DNA of 64,000 nucleotides from an uncultured delta proteobacterium (GCA_963769935.1 CAVYNY010000033.1:29621-93620); one strand, 5' to 3'. Shown: positions 29,237 to 39,711, counted from the stretch's first letter. Notes: generated by a model from the letters alone, not told the origin. Translations and numbers: made by a program.

Positions 29237-29899
29237 TCACCCGGGCTGTTTTGCAGGAAAGGTCCCGCTAAGCTCGTTTTTTCGCAAGCGATCCAATTCA
29301 CTTTTGCCAAGCTTAAATATTTCTATGATCGAAGCATCTACCGTGCGAACAACTTCAGGCTTCGCTCCTGCCCGGGGCGGCGCTTTCTGGGCCCTGATCT
29401 TGCGCAGTTTCCTGAGATTATTTTCCGAGAGCAGTTCAAATCCGGGCGGCGCGTTTAGTATCGCGTTCAATAACAGTTGATTGCCGCCTTTTAAAAGGGA
29501 CGCGCCAAAATGGGACAAAATCTGGGCTTCAGTCATTCCAAAGAGCCGGTCTCGAATCTCCCTTTCACGCATGAATTGCAATATCGGGTTTTCATCCCGT
29601 TCATAAGGTTGCGACACCGCTTCGTCTGACGCCTCAGTCAGAGTTGAATAGTTGCTTTTATCTTTTAAAACTTCAAGTTTGCGCCCTGCCTTTTCCAGGA
29701 CCTCTCTTCTGGCATTGCTTTTGGCGTCGGCGTTCAGCTTGGCATTCCCCTTTATGCGGTCCATTTCCTGGTTGAGCAAATCGTTAAGATTTTCAATGCT
29801 GACGCAAACTTTTTCAATAACGTCCGCCGATTCAACCGGCAGGCGCCGCTGGGCATCCCTTAAAATTTGATTGGCCCTTGATATGACAGCCTTTAACAT
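29237..29899 (-). CDS. hypothetical protein
   Basis: 220-codon ORF with an RBS-like GAGG; helical, charged composition; family not recognised. Confidence 0.65.
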   Translation of the reverse strand: MLKAVISRANQILRDAQRRLPVESADVIEKVCVSIENLNDLLNQEMDRIKGNAKLNADAKSNARREVLEKAGRKLEVLKDKSNYSTLTEASDEAVSQPYERDENPILQFMREREIRDRLFGMTEAQILSHFGASLLKGGNQLLLNAILNAPPGFELLSENNLRKLRKIRAQKAPPRAGAKPEVVRTVDASIIEIFKLGKSELDRLRKNELSGTFPAKQPG

Positions 29900-30076
29900 G
29901 GTCCCGGATCCTCTTGCTGAAGATCAAATGAATAACATTGGCAACATTAGAACTGAATATATCGATTATCGGCAATTATTCACAAAACTTAATACAAACT
30001 TGCAATATTTAATCCGGGTCTTAATCTGAAATAATTGCATTCTGAAAATTCAGATTCAAACAAAGGAGAAGCTAAA

Positions 30077-30397
30077 ATGACAGAGCCCATTCGAATATCG
30101 GCAGAGGAAGCCCGTCAAAAAGTAAGTGCCGGGTCGGCCCTGCTTGTCTGTGCCTATGCGGATGCAGAAAAATTTAAAAAAAATCATCTGCAGGGCGCAA
30201 TTTCACTGGACGATTTCAAGGCCCAACTCCCATCATTAAAAAAAGAACAGGAGATCATATTTTACTGAGGGTGAGACAAGGATGTAAGTGCTGTCGGTCA
30301 GGCAGAAAAACTATTAAAGGACGGATACCTAAATGTCGTGGCTCTGAGGGGCGGCGTCGCCGCCTGGAAAAATGCGGGGTATCCGCTGGTAGGATAA
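30077..30397 (+). CDS. rhodanese-like protein with two in-frame TGA codons (candidate selenoprotein, IIFY-U-G-U)
   Basis: RBS AAGGAG. N-half ISAEEA..HLQGAIS..EIIFY, then TGA GGG TGA, then in frame DKDVSAVGQAEKLLKDGYLNVVALRGGVAAWKNAGYP, which is the rhodanese C-terminal signature. Confidence 0.85.
30286..30306 (+). promoter_or_regulatory. candidate bacterial SECIS hairpin
   Basis: TGC-TG[TCGGT]CA-G-GCA stem-loop with GGT in the apical loop, 21 nt after the second TGA and 27 nt after the first. Confidence 0.5.
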
Positions 30398-30688
30398 ACT
30401 GTTGTGCCGAACATGGGGGCAAAACTTCAGTTAGGAGCTTCGCCCGGGAGGGAAGCTACTTGGGATTTGTATATGACCAGGAAAATGTGTTATGGCCATT
30501 TAAAACCCACCATTCCAACATTCCACCATTCTATTCCGGGTCAAAGGCAAACTCCGCCCCTGCGCGGTGAAGTCCTTCCTATATCCAGAATCAAGTATCG
30601 AGCATCCAGCGTCGACCGAATAAGAACGCCGGTCTTGCGCTCACCCCTTCTTAAATATTTATGCGGGCTTATGCAACTTCAAGATCAA

Positions 30689-31228
30689 CTATATTTTGCG
30701 GCTGAGAATAAAATCGTTTTGAACATCCCTGCCGACGATAAATTTTTGCCAACCGACGGCTTTAAACTGCCATCGTTTATAAAATGCGTTCGCGCGATGG
30801 TTTAACTCCCAGGAACTCAGCCAGATCGATTGATAACCGCGGGATCGTGATTGATCGATACTGATTTGCATTAAGGCATCACCCACCGCCCGGCCGTAAT
30901 ACTGTTTTCGAAGATAAAGTCGAACCAGCTGGATCGCCCCTTTCTCCTTTATGCAGTCCGGTGTGCTACTCGGGTAGGAATAGGCATAACCGGCGGGAAC
31001 AGAATCAATTTCAGCGATAAAGAACAACGAGCGTTCATCTTTTATCTGGTTTTGGATTTGCGTCTTGGTAAAGGCGGATTTCAGATAGTCCGCCATATCA
31101 TCCGAGGCCATAACTTCGGAAAAGGCCTCCTTAAACGCTTTTATTCCAAATTTCGTGAGCAGATCTGCATCTGAGGCCGTCGCCGGTCTTACGGTACCAT
31201 CAAATTTTTTTCCAACTTTTCTGGCCAT
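30689..31228 (-). CDS. GNAT acetyltransferase (PaiA/spermidine acetyltransferase-like)
   Basis: RLYLRKQYYGRAVGDALM, IWLSSWELNHRANAFYKRWQF. Confidence 0.88.
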   Translation of the reverse strand: MARKVGKKFDGTVRPATASDADLLTKFGIKAFKEAFSEVMASDDMADYLKSAFTKTQIQNQIKDERSLFFIAEIDSVPAGYAYSYPSSTPDCIKEKGAIQLVRLYLRKQYYGRAVGDALMQISIDQSRSRGYQSIWLSSWELNHRANAFYKRWQFKAVGWQKFIVGRDVQNDFILSRKI

Positions 31229-31250
31229 ACTTAGTGAAGTTTCTTGAATG

Positions 31251-31655
31251 TTATATTGCCGGAACATGATTGGTCGTCACTTCCGCCAGGAGCTTGCCCT
31301 TGTCGCCTGTGACCAGAGTCCTGACCACCGACACCCGCTTGCCCTGGCGGACAAAACGAGCCTCGGCCCGAATCTCTCCGCCGCGCTGGTTGCCGAGCAG
31401 ATTGGCGTTTAAATTAATGGCCAGTGGAAATCCCTGGCCTTTCTCACCGATTTGGGTGCTGCCGATGGCGAGCACCGTGGCGGTAACATCGGCCAGCCAG
31501 AGCATGGCACCGGCGTGAATGGTGCCAAAGGGATTGAGAGCCCCTTTGGATATCGGCATTCGGCTGACCACACAATCCTCGCTGCGCTCTTCGATAAAAA
31601 ATTCGATCTCGCCGGTACGTCTGGCTTCTTTGATATCTTCGTGGATGTCATTCAT
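31251..31655 (-). CDS. PaaI family hotdog thioesterase
   Basis: LNPFGTIHAGAMLWLAD. Confidence 0.9.
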   Translation of the reverse strand: MNDIHEDIKEARRTGEIEFFIEERSEDCVVSRMPISKGALNPFGTIHAGAMLWLADVTATVLAIGSTQIGEKGQGFPLAINLNANLLGNQRGGEIRAEARFVRQGKRVSVVRTLVTGDKGKLLAEVTTNHVPAI

Positions 31656-31675
31656 TTTAAAATTTCTCCGTATTT

Positions 31676-32626
31676 TTATAACACTGTTTTCAAGGTTTCA
31701 AGGCTGATATTGGCGCCGCACAGAACAACGACCACATTTTTGCCGGCCAAACGACGGCCCATTTTGACGCAGGCGGCTATGGCCACGGCGGCCGCCCCCT
31801 CAATCAGCATGTGATGAATTTCTAAGAATCGCCGCAGACTGGCTTTGATTTCATCTTCCGTGACGACTTCATAATCATCCACCAGGTCCCGGCATAAATC
31901 AAACGTGACGGAGCCCGGTTCCACGCCGCCGGCGGTGCCGTCCGAAATTGTCGGCTGAGACGGCAAATCCAGTATTTTTCCGGCCCGTATTGATTGAATC
32001 ATTACCTGGGAATTTTGCGGGGAGCAGCCGATAATTGCAGCAGCCGGATGAATTGATTTGAGATACCCGGCAATACCTGAAATCAGTCCACCGCCGCCCA
32101 GGGCGACGAAAACCGCATCGATCCGGTCCAGCTGCCGGGCCAGTTCGACGGCGATGGTGCCCTGGCCGGCGATGACCTGCAGATCATTGTAAGGCGGGAT
32201 ATAGGTCAACCCATGATCAAGGGCATACCGGCGGGCATGGGCTTCGGTAACGGCCGTATCGTCGCCGAAACAGCGGACCTCGGCCCCCAGCCTTTCGATC
32301 GCCTGAACCTTGGCGGCGGAAGCGTTATCCGGCACGAACACGATACCGGTGCCGCCGAGTTTCGCGAGACTGAAAGCCGTCGCAGCGCCATGATTGCCGG
32401 TTGAGGCGGTCACGACACCCCGTTCCCGCTCGGACGCGGTCAGGGACAGCACCTTATTCATCGCACCCCTGGCCTTAAACGACCCGGTATGCTGCAGGTT
32501 CTCGAGCTTGAAGTAAATGTCGGCCCCGGCAAGTGCGCTGTAATAGGGGGAATAATCAAGCCGCGTTTCGCGAATATGGGGACGGATTCGTTTTTCGGCT
32601 GCTATGATTTCTTGCGTGATATCCAT
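31676..32626 (-). CDS. PLP-dependent threonine/serine dehydratase family enzyme (no ACT domain)
   Basis: KLENLQHTGSFKARGA, ASTGNHG, GQGT, GGGGLISG, CGAN. Confidence 0.92.
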   Translation of the reverse strand: MDITQEIIAAEKRIRPHIRETRLDYSPYYSALAGADIYFKLENLQHTGSFKARGAMNKVLSLTASERERGVVTASTGNHGAATAFSLAKLGGTGIVFVPDNASAAKVQAIERLGAEVRCFGDDTAVTEAHARRYALDHGLTYIPPYNDLQVIAGQGTIAVELARQLDRIDAVFVALGGGGLISGIAGYLKSIHPAAAIIGCSPQNSQVMIQSIRAGKILDLPSQPTISDGTAGGVEPGSVTFDLCRDLVDDYEVVTEDEIKASLRRFLEIHHMLIEGAAAVAIAACVKMGRRLAGKNVVVVLCGANISLETLKTVL

Positions 32627-32777
32627 GTTTTTAGTTTATTGGGTTGATTGGGTTGATTGAGTTGATTAAGCTTATTTAGTTGAGAGGGTTGACTATGTTG
32701 ATTGGTTGATTAAGTGCGGTGGAGTTAAATGCCGAACTATAAATAGTACTGACACTCAACCACTCAAACCGCTCAAC

Positions 32778-33698
32778 TCAATCAACATAGTCAACTAAAT
32801 ATTCGACAGGCGTCGTCCAGCGCTCCTCGTCATGCGCCTCCCAATAGCGTTTCTGAATCAGAGTGGTGATTTTGCCGGGTTTGCCGTCACCGATGACTTT
32901 GCCGTTGACGGTGGTTACCGGCATTACACCGCCGGCGGTGCTGGTGATGAAAACTTCTTCAGCCTTCTCCACCACACTGGCGCTGAACATGGTCTGTTTT
33001 ACCGCAATGTTCTGCTCTGCGGCCAATTCGAGGACTGTCTGGCGCGTAATACCCTTCAGCACACCCCTGGCGGGTGTCAACAGCGTATCTTCGTGGTATA
33101 CATAAATATTGAATCCCGGGCCTTCGGTGATATTCCCCTCGGCATCGGGTAGAACGGCCGTGTAGCCGCCCCGGTCATAAGCTTCATAAACTCCGCGTAT
33201 CAGGTCGCCCCAGTGAAAGTTTTTAACCGTGGGATCGACGGCTTCGGACGGTATTCGAATGGTCTTTTCAGCAATCACCAGATGGATCCCGACCTTCTGG
33301 TTGTCCGGACTGACGATCCAACTATAAGGCGTGGCGTAAGCATAAAAGAGGTTGCGAAAACGCCGGGGGTCGCGCACGCCGTCTTCGTCGACCCCGCGCG
33401 ACAGGATCATTTTGACATAGGCATTGCGCAGGCCGGAGCGGCGAACGCATTCGAACAGGATTGACCGCATCTCTTCGGTCGTTAATGCGGGTGTCATCCG
33501 CAGCCGTCTCCAACCGTTTTCGAAGCGGTTCAGATGATCATCGAGACGGAAAAATTTTCCATTCCAGACCGCAACCACGTCGTAGGTCAGGTCTGAGCGT
33601 GTGAATCCTGTATCAAGGATGGGGATGCTTGCCTCGGCGATCGGAAAATATTTTCCGTCGATATAGGCGCAACCATTCTTAAACGAGCTTGTCTGCAT
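32778..33698 (-). CDS. fold type IV PLP aminotransferase, (R)-amine transaminase-like
   Basis: GFTRSDLTYDV.AVWNGKFFRLDDHL, DPTVKNFHWGDL, EGPGFN, GITR, STAGG. Confidence 0.88.
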   Translation of the reverse strand: MQTSSFKNGCAYIDGKYFPIAEASIPILDTGFTRSDLTYDVVAVWNGKFFRLDDHLNRFENGWRRLRMTPALTTEEMRSILFECVRRSGLRNAYVKMILSRGVDEDGVRDPRRFRNLFYAYATPYSWIVSPDNQKVGIHLVIAEKTIRIPSEAVDPTVKNFHWGDLIRGVYEAYDRGGYTAVLPDAEGNITEGPGFNIYVYHEDTLLTPARGVLKGITRQTVLELAAEQNIAVKQTMFSASVVEKAEEVFITSTAGGVMPVTTVNGKVIGDGKPGKITTLIQKRYWEAHDEERWTTPVEYLVDYVD

Positions 33699-33721
33699 GG
33701 TGAACTCCTATTTATGCAACA

Positions 33722-34258
33722 TTAAGGTGTTTGTAGCCGGGAATCGTCGAGCCCAAATCGCGGCCTGCCCGGTTCCGTCGCTTGTATTGCAGCGTGGATT
33801 TTCGCACCATATTTCCAGATCTCATCACTGTATCTGGCAAATTGCTTAAGTGCCAGATGGTATTGGGTATATTGCCGATTATCGATCATTCGGCGGTACA
33901 GCAGAAAGTTCAGCATCATCAGGGAGTTGAAAAACGGTCTTTGGGCGCTTTTCATGGCCATAAGAATTTTCTTGTCTTCCGAAATTAGCGGCAGGCCGAA
34001 ATGCAAGGCACATTCAACCAGTTTTTGATCGTTTGATAAAGTTTTTCCAGTATGGGCAAGCGGTTTGATGTTGTCTGAGACGGGACCCGCCTCAGAAAGT
34101 ATTTCGTGAATTGAAAATAATCTTAGCGTGCTGGTGAGCCTTTTCAAAAAATGCGCCTTGTTGGCATAAATAATCGATGACGCATCGATCAGGGCTTTAT
34201 CCAGTTGATTGAATTGGCTGAATATGTCCTGCGGTAATGTTTTGTTTTTGCCCACCAT
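33722..34258 (-). CDS. PIN-like domain hypothetical protein
   Basis: ALIDASSIIY, ILSE, NDQKL, LISEDKKI give a PIN-like pattern of acidic residues. Confidence 0.65.
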   Translation of the reverse strand: MVGKNKTLPQDIFSQFNQLDKALIDASSIIYANKAHFLKRLTSTLRLFSIHEILSEAGPVSDNIKPLAHTGKTLSNDQKLVECALHFGLPLISEDKKILMAMKSAQRPFFNSLMMLNFLLYRRMIDNRQYTQYHLALKQFARYSDEIWKYGAKIHAAIQATEPGRPRFGLDDSRLQTP

Positions 34259-34592
34259 TGTTATCTGTACGCTCCGAACAACCCCAAACCGCACCGGCGC
34301 AGTTTATTTACACCGTGCAGCCCAATCACAACGGGTGTCTTGAAAGCAGGCTTGCAGGAAGACTTAATATAGAGATGACATGTCCGTTTTTCAGTGGCGC
34401 CACGGCCTCTTATCTTGTGCGTTTGCTGGATTTAAGACTGGTCCGGAAGGTATCTCAAAACTTTTCATCAGACTGCCCCATAGCGAACCCAGCGAATTCA
34501 GATGGAATATTTATATATGGAATAGGATGGCAGGTCAAATGGTTGAATACATTTTTCTCAAACGAAGCGCTGCCACCCCATGCCCCCGCTTA

Positions 34593-36275
34593 TCAAGACT
34601 TCTTTTGCATTTCAAGCCTGGCCGTCTCCATATCTTTCAATTTGCGCCGTAAAATTTTGCCCACGGCAGTTTTGGGCAGCTCACCGGCAAACTCGATGAT
34701 TTTGGGCACCTTGTAGGCCGCCAGATTCTTTTTGCAATAGGCAATAACTTCTTCTTCGGTTAATACTTCTCCCGGTTTGGGGACGATAAACGCTTTGACG
34801 GTTTCGCCGCGATATTCGTGGGGGATTCCAATGGTGCAAGCCTCGAGGATTTTCGGATGTCCCATGAGCACGTCGTCCAATTCCACGGGATAGATGTTGT
34901 ACCCGCCGGCTATGATCATGTCCTTTTTACGGTCGACGATAGTCAGATAACCGTCTTCGTCAAACTTGCCGATATCACCGGTTAAAAACCATCCTTCCTT
35001 CAGGGCCTGTTCGGTTTCCTCGGGCTTGTTGTAATAACCCATCATGATCTGGGGGCCTTTGACGGCAATTTCGCCGGGTTCGCCGAGAGCAAGTTCTTTG
35101 TCCGAATTGTCAATACCAACAATCTTAATGTCCGTGTCAGGCAATGGTACCCCAACCGTCCCCGGTTTTATGGTTCCGCCCCAAGGTGTGCTGGTCGCCA
35201 AGCAAGCCGTCTCGGTGGTGCCATATCCCTCACATACTATTTTTTGGCTGATTTCCTTGAGATTCCGAATGGTCTCGGCCGCAAGTGGTGCAGCGCCGGA
35301 GAAGAATCCCCGCATGGAGGAGAAGTCCAGTTTCCTGAAATCCGGGTCGGCCAGCAAACCTACGAAAATAGTCGGAACAGCGGGAAGAAATGTCGGTTTG
35401 TATTTTTTTAATATTTCGATATTTATTTTGGCGTCCGGTCTTGGAACCAAAATATTTTCCCAACTGCGCCAAATCGAGAGGTTTTGTCCGGTGGTGAAGC
35501 CGGCGATGTGAAATACCGGAAAATTTCCGACAAGTCTTTCCTCGCCGGGATTGAGGTCCGGAAACCAGGATACAAACTGCTGAACGACGCTGCTCAGATT
35601 CGCGTGGCTCAGCATCACCCCTTTGCTGACTCCAGTTGTCCCACCGGTATACATAAGGGCGGCCAGATCGTTCCATTGCCCTTTTTCTTCTACCGGTTCC
35701 GGTGGAAATTCAGCGATCAAATCTTCGAAGACCCTAACATCTTTGTTTGGTTCCACCTTGCGGTACATGTCTTTTTTGACAAAGGGAAAAAACTGCTTTT
35801 TGGGAAAGGGCAGAAAGGTGTTAATATGGCAGCCGATAATCTTTTCAATTCGCGTATGCTGCCTGATTTTTTCTATTCTTGGGATTAGCAGTGTCAATGT
35901 AATCACCATCTTGGAATCGGAATCGTTAAGCTGATATTCCAGCTCTCTTTCAGTGTACAGAGGGTTGTTCTGAACGGCCACTGCGCCGATGCGAAAGATG
36001 GCCAGATTGGCGATAATAACCTGGGGGATATTCGGCAGGCAGACGGCGACTTTGTCCCCCGGTTTAATGCCCAGTTCCAGCAGAGCCCTGGCAAACCGAT
36101 TTGCCAATTTATTCAGTTGCCTGTAGGTGATCCTTTTTCCCATGTAGTTTAAGGCCGTCTTTTCTGGAAATTCCTGTGAGGAACGGGTGAGTGCCTGAGA
36201 CAGCGTGACCTTTTCATAATCCAGGCTCTTTTTTACCCCCGGAGCGTATGATTTGTGCCAGAGTCTCTCTTCCAT
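34593..36275 (-). CDS. long-chain fatty acid-CoA ligase
   Basis: YTGGTTGVSKG, EGYGTTE, TGDIG, DRKKDMII, LPKTAVGK. Confidence 0.95.
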   Translation of the reverse strand: MEERLWHKSYAPGVKKSLDYEKVTLSQALTRSSQEFPEKTALNYMGKRITYRQLNKLANRFARALLELGIKPGDKVAVCLPNIPQVIIANLAIFRIGAVAVQNNPLYTERELEYQLNDSDSKMVITLTLLIPRIEKIRQHTRIEKIIGCHINTFLPFPKKQFFPFVKKDMYRKVEPNKDVRVFEDLIAEFPPEPVEEKGQWNDLAALMYTGGTTGVSKGVMLSHANLSSVVQQFVSWFPDLNPGEERLVGNFPVFHIAGFTTGQNLSIWRSWENILVPRPDAKINIEILKKYKPTFLPAVPTIFVGLLADPDFRKLDFSSMRGFFSGAAPLAAETIRNLKEISQKIVCEGYGTTETACLATSTPWGGTIKPGTVGVPLPDTDIKIVGIDNSDKELALGEPGEIAVKGPQIMMGYYNKPEETEQALKEGWFLTGDIGKFDEDGYLTIVDRKKDMIIAGGYNIYPVELDDVLMGHPKILEACTIGIPHEYRGETVKAFIVPKPGEVLTEEEVIAYCKKNLAAYKVPKIIEFAGELPKTAVGKILRRKLKDMETARLEMQKKS

Positions 36276-36496
36276 GTCCCGGCCTCCCTTCAGCTAATGG
36301 TTTAGATCGTTATGATCGTCCCAGTGAAATCCGCTTCGCTCGACCCTATCGGGAATTTCACGGGATAAATTTAGATCGTTAGGATCGTTTGATTCGTTAA
36401 TTCGGTTTGTTTAGCTATATGGTTATCTCGTTAAATGGTTAATTCAAAAAAACAACAGACGCAACAAACTCAACAAACTCAAAGAACGCTGTAAAC

Positions 36497-37480
36497 TCAA
36501 TTAACCGCCAATCCATTCAGCCGGTCAAGAAGTCCATCAGCCTCCGATAAAATATCCTCAATGACCCGCCGCACCGGTTTAATCTCATCGATGAGTCCGG
36601 CGATCTGTCCGCAGGAAATGGGCGCTCCGTCAGGATCGCCGCTGTCATAGGCGATCTGGCCCTTGCCGCCGGAAACGGTTTTAATGATTCTTTCAAAATC
36701 AGCGCCTTCGGCTTCTATGGCCAGACATTCGTCGGCCAGTTTGTTTTTCATACAGCGGATCGGATTCATGATGGTGGTCAGAAGCAAGGCCGTGTCCGTT
36801 TCTTTTATCGCAAGCAGGCGGTCTTTAATATTTTGATGAATCCTGCATTCGGTTGTCATCATGAATGCTGTTCCCATCAAAACTGCCTCGGCACCCATGG
36901 CCAGGGCCGCCAAAAACCCCCTGCCGTTGCAGATTCCGCCGCCGGCAATGACCGGAATGTCCAGGGCGGCAGCTGCTTTCGGCAGCAAAATGAATGATGC
37001 CACGTTATCGTTGCCGATATGACCGCCGGAACCGAAGCCGATCATGGTGACGGCATCGACCCCTAACCGCTGGGCGCTGAGGGCATGTTTGACCGATGTC
37101 AGCTTGTGAATCACTTTAATGCCGGCTTCTTTCAGCTTGGGCATTAACGGCTCGGGGCTGCGGCCGGCGGTTTCGACGACTTTTACACCTTCCTCGACAA
37201 CGACATCACAGAATTTGAGGGTTCTTTCCGGCAGGCCGAATTCAGGGACCATGGACAGGTTGACGCCGAAAGGTTTGTCGGTGAGATCGCGAATTTTTTT
37301 TATTTCCTGCCTGAGGTCCTCCGGCGTCTCAAGGCTTTCCGCCGTGATAAAACCGATTCCTCCGGCGTTGGCGACTGCGGCCACAATTTCCGCCCGGCTG
37401 ATCCACTGCATGCCGCCGCAAAGGATTGGATGTTCGATGCCCAGCATTTCGGTTATTTTGGTTTTGAATTTTCTTGCCAT
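36497..37480 (-). CDS. nitronate monooxygenase/FabK-like flavoprotein
   Basis: GIEHPILCGGM, DKPFGVN, GGH, IPVIAGGGI.NGRG..AALAMGAEAV.MGT.F. Confidence 0.9.
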   Translation of the reverse strand: MARKFKTKITEMLGIEHPILCGGMQWISRAEIVAAVANAGGIGFITAESLETPEDLRQEIKKIRDLTDKPFGVNLSMVPEFGLPERTLKFCDVVVEEGVKVVETAGRSPEPLMPKLKEAGIKVIHKLTSVKHALSAQRLGVDAVTMIGFGSGGHIGNDNVASFILLPKAAAALDIPVIAGGGICNGRGFLAALAMGAEAVLMGTAFMMTTECRIHQNIKDRLLAIKETDTALLLTTIMNPIRCMKNKLADECLAIEAEGADFERIIKTVSGGKGQIAYDSGDPDGAPISCGQIAGLIDEIKPVRRVIEDILSEADGLLDRLNGLAVN

Positions 37481-37629
37481 GCTGTTGTTGTCTCCCTTCG
37501 ATTGATGGTTTGGATCGTTTGGATCGTCCCAGTTAAACAAAAAATAAAAAGGCTTAACCCCGATGAAATAAGGGCAACAGAGATGTCATTGGGCAAGCGG
37601 GATAAATTGGGATCCTTAAGATAGTTTAG

Positions 37630-38508
37630 TTACTTTAATACTCCTAATAACTCCCGTGCTTCGGCCGGTGTTGCGGGTTCTTTGCCGACTTCGCGGGCTA
37701 TTTTCACCAGAGCTTCCACCAGCTGCCCGTTGTCTGCGGCGCGTCGGCCGTCGGGCAGATAAAAGGTATCCTCCAGGCCGGTCCGCACATCACCTCCCAG
37801 TTCCAGGCAACGGCGATGAAGGTTCCAGATCTTTTCCCTGCCCGGTCCCGTGGCAATGACCTGCCAGTGAGAATTTTCCGGCAATTCAGCTTTAAGAATC
37901 GGAAGCAGATCAGGGTTGGCCGGCATGCCGCTGTCGACTCCCATCACAAACGACACATGCGGCTCTCCCTCAAACATGCCGGCGGCTTTGTACATACTTA
38001 CACTGCGCACAATGCCGGTATCGAAGCATTCGAACTCCGGTATGATTTGATTGGCGGTCATGATATCCAGAAATCTTTTTACTTTTTCCACCGGATTGTC
38101 AAAGAGCGCCGGGGGCCAGGCCCAGGTGCCGTCTTGGCGAATCTTCAGGTAATTCAGCGAGCCGGCGTTGCAGGCAGCCAGTTCGGGCTTAAAGGTTTCA
38201 AGACACCCGGCCGGTCCGGAGATATCATCACCCAGAACGCCGGTACTCATGCAAATAAGGATAGCCGGAACTTCGGCCTTTATGGCGGCCAGGATGTCGC
38301 CGACGCTCTTTATATCCCAGGTAGGCAAGGCACCCCTGGCTTCTCTTTGATCCCTGAAGTGGCAGTGCAGCACCGAGGCGCCTGCATTATATGACTGTGC
38401 GGCCGCATCGGCCATTTCCTGGGGCGTTACCGGCACGTGAAATTTAGCCGGATCAGTCAAAACTCCGGTCAACGCGCAGGTGACGACGACTTTGTCCTTT
38501 ATGTCCAC
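37630..38508 (-). CDS. beta-keto acid cleavage enzyme (BKACE/Kce, DUF849)
   Basis: VTCALTG, LHCHFRD, STG, GSLN, PEFECFDTG, VRTGLEDT; GTG start with RBS AGGAG. Confidence 0.92.
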   Translation of the reverse strand: MDIKDKVVVTCALTGVLTDPAKFHVPVTPQEMADAAAQSYNAGASVLHCHFRDQREARGALPTWDIKSVGDILAAIKAEVPAILICMSTGVLGDDISGPAGCLETFKPELAACNAGSLNYLKIRQDGTWAWPPALFDNPVEKVKRFLDIMTANQIIPEFECFDTGIVRSVSMYKAAGMFEGEPHVSFVMGVDSGMPANPDLLPILKAELPENSHWQVIATGPGREKIWNLHRRCLELGGDVRTGLEDTFYLPDGRRAADNGQLVEALVKIAREVGKEPATPAEARELLGVLK

Positions 38509-38911
38509 TAGCAGACTCCTTTTTTACTATTGCAAGGTTCAGGTTGCAGGGTTCAAAGTATAAGCCTAAAGGTTAAAGGCTAAAGGTCAAAGGCTAAAGG
38601 TTTTACAGCGGATGTAAGACCTCAAGTATAGGCAAAAGCAATGGCTGATGAAAGTGGTCTTAGATCCGGGTTGCAGATCTTAGCCCCATCGGTTTGACAG
38701 CGATTAAAAATTACTCACACAAGGGTCTTAAACCGCTATCAGGTTCTAAAGAAGTTTCCCGTTCGACTAGACTGGCCGTTTTTTTAGGCCAGCCGCTGGG
38801 CTGCCCCCTAGCCTTTGGCCTTTATTCTTTAACCTTTAGCCTTTAACCTTTCACCATACAGGCGCCATCATCCAGCATCGAGCATCCAGCAACGAGTATC
38901 CAGCATCGAGG

Positions 38912-39682
38912 CTATTTTCCCTTAAAAACCGGCTTTCTCTTTTCTTTAAACGCCGTGATACCTTCACGGGCATCTTCGGTGGCGGCAATCTCGGCAAATT
39001 TTTCAGACAGAAAATCCACCGCATCTTCGAAAGGCATGTCCGCCATGGCATAAAAAGCTTCCTTGCCGATTTTTATGCCGATCGGGCTTTTTTGTACCAG
39101 ATTCCGTAGGACACGGTTGACTTCATCGTCCAGCTTGTCGGGTGGGACCGCCCGGGTGATCAAGCCCATTTCGAGGGCCTGATCGGCAGCCAGACGTTCG
39201 CCCAGGAGGATCATTTCCATGGCTTTTTTACGAAGCGCGTTGCGGTAAATCAAGGCGCCGATCATCATCGGCCAGAGGCCGACATTGACTTCCGGGGTAC
39301 CGAATTCGGCATCATTGCCGGCGATAACAATGTCGCAGGCCAGCATAAATCCCATGCCGCCTGCCATGCAGGCACCGTTGACTCTGGCAACCACCGGCTT
39401 CGGAAAACCCGACAACCTTTTTAAAAGCCGGGCGTAGATTTCAAACCCTTCCCGAAAACTGCCGCCGGGTTCACCGCCAAGGTCGGCTCCGGCACAAAAG
39501 GCCTTGTTGCCGGCGCCTGTTATCAGAATTACCCGCACGGCGGGGTCCTTTTCGGCCTGGTCCAGATATTGTAAAAACAGTTTAATGGTCTCAACGCTGA
39601 TGGCATTGCGTCGGTCTTCCCGGTTGATGGTCAGGGTGGCGATATTGTTCTCGACCCGGTAGAGCAGGTGAGGTTCAGGCAT
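38912..39682 (-). CDS. crotonase-family hydratase (methylglutaconyl-CoA hydratase/AtuE-like)
   Basis: FCAGADL, AGGMG (first catalytic Glu absent), FGTPEVNVGLWP. Confidence 0.88.
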   Translation of the reverse strand: MPEPHLLYRVENNIATLTINREDRRNAISVETIKLFLQYLDQAEKDPAVRVILITGAGNKAFCAGADLGGEPGGSFREGFEIYARLLKRLSGFPKPVVARVNGACMAGGMGFMLACDIVIAGNDAEFGTPEVNVGLWPMMIGALIYRNALRKKAMEMILLGERLAADQALEMGLITRAVPPDKLDDEVNRVLRNLVQKSPIGIKIGKEAFYAMADMPFEDAVDFLSEKFAEIAATEDAREGITAFKEKRKPVFKGK

Positions 39683-39711
39683 GGGTTAACGCTCCTTGAT
39701 AGTTTGGTTGA

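Noticed and set aside
30271..30805. ORFs 30271-30570 and 30404-30805 as genes
   Set aside because: They are out-of-frame overlaps of the rhodanese read-through and of intergenic repeat DNA, with no recognisable motifs.
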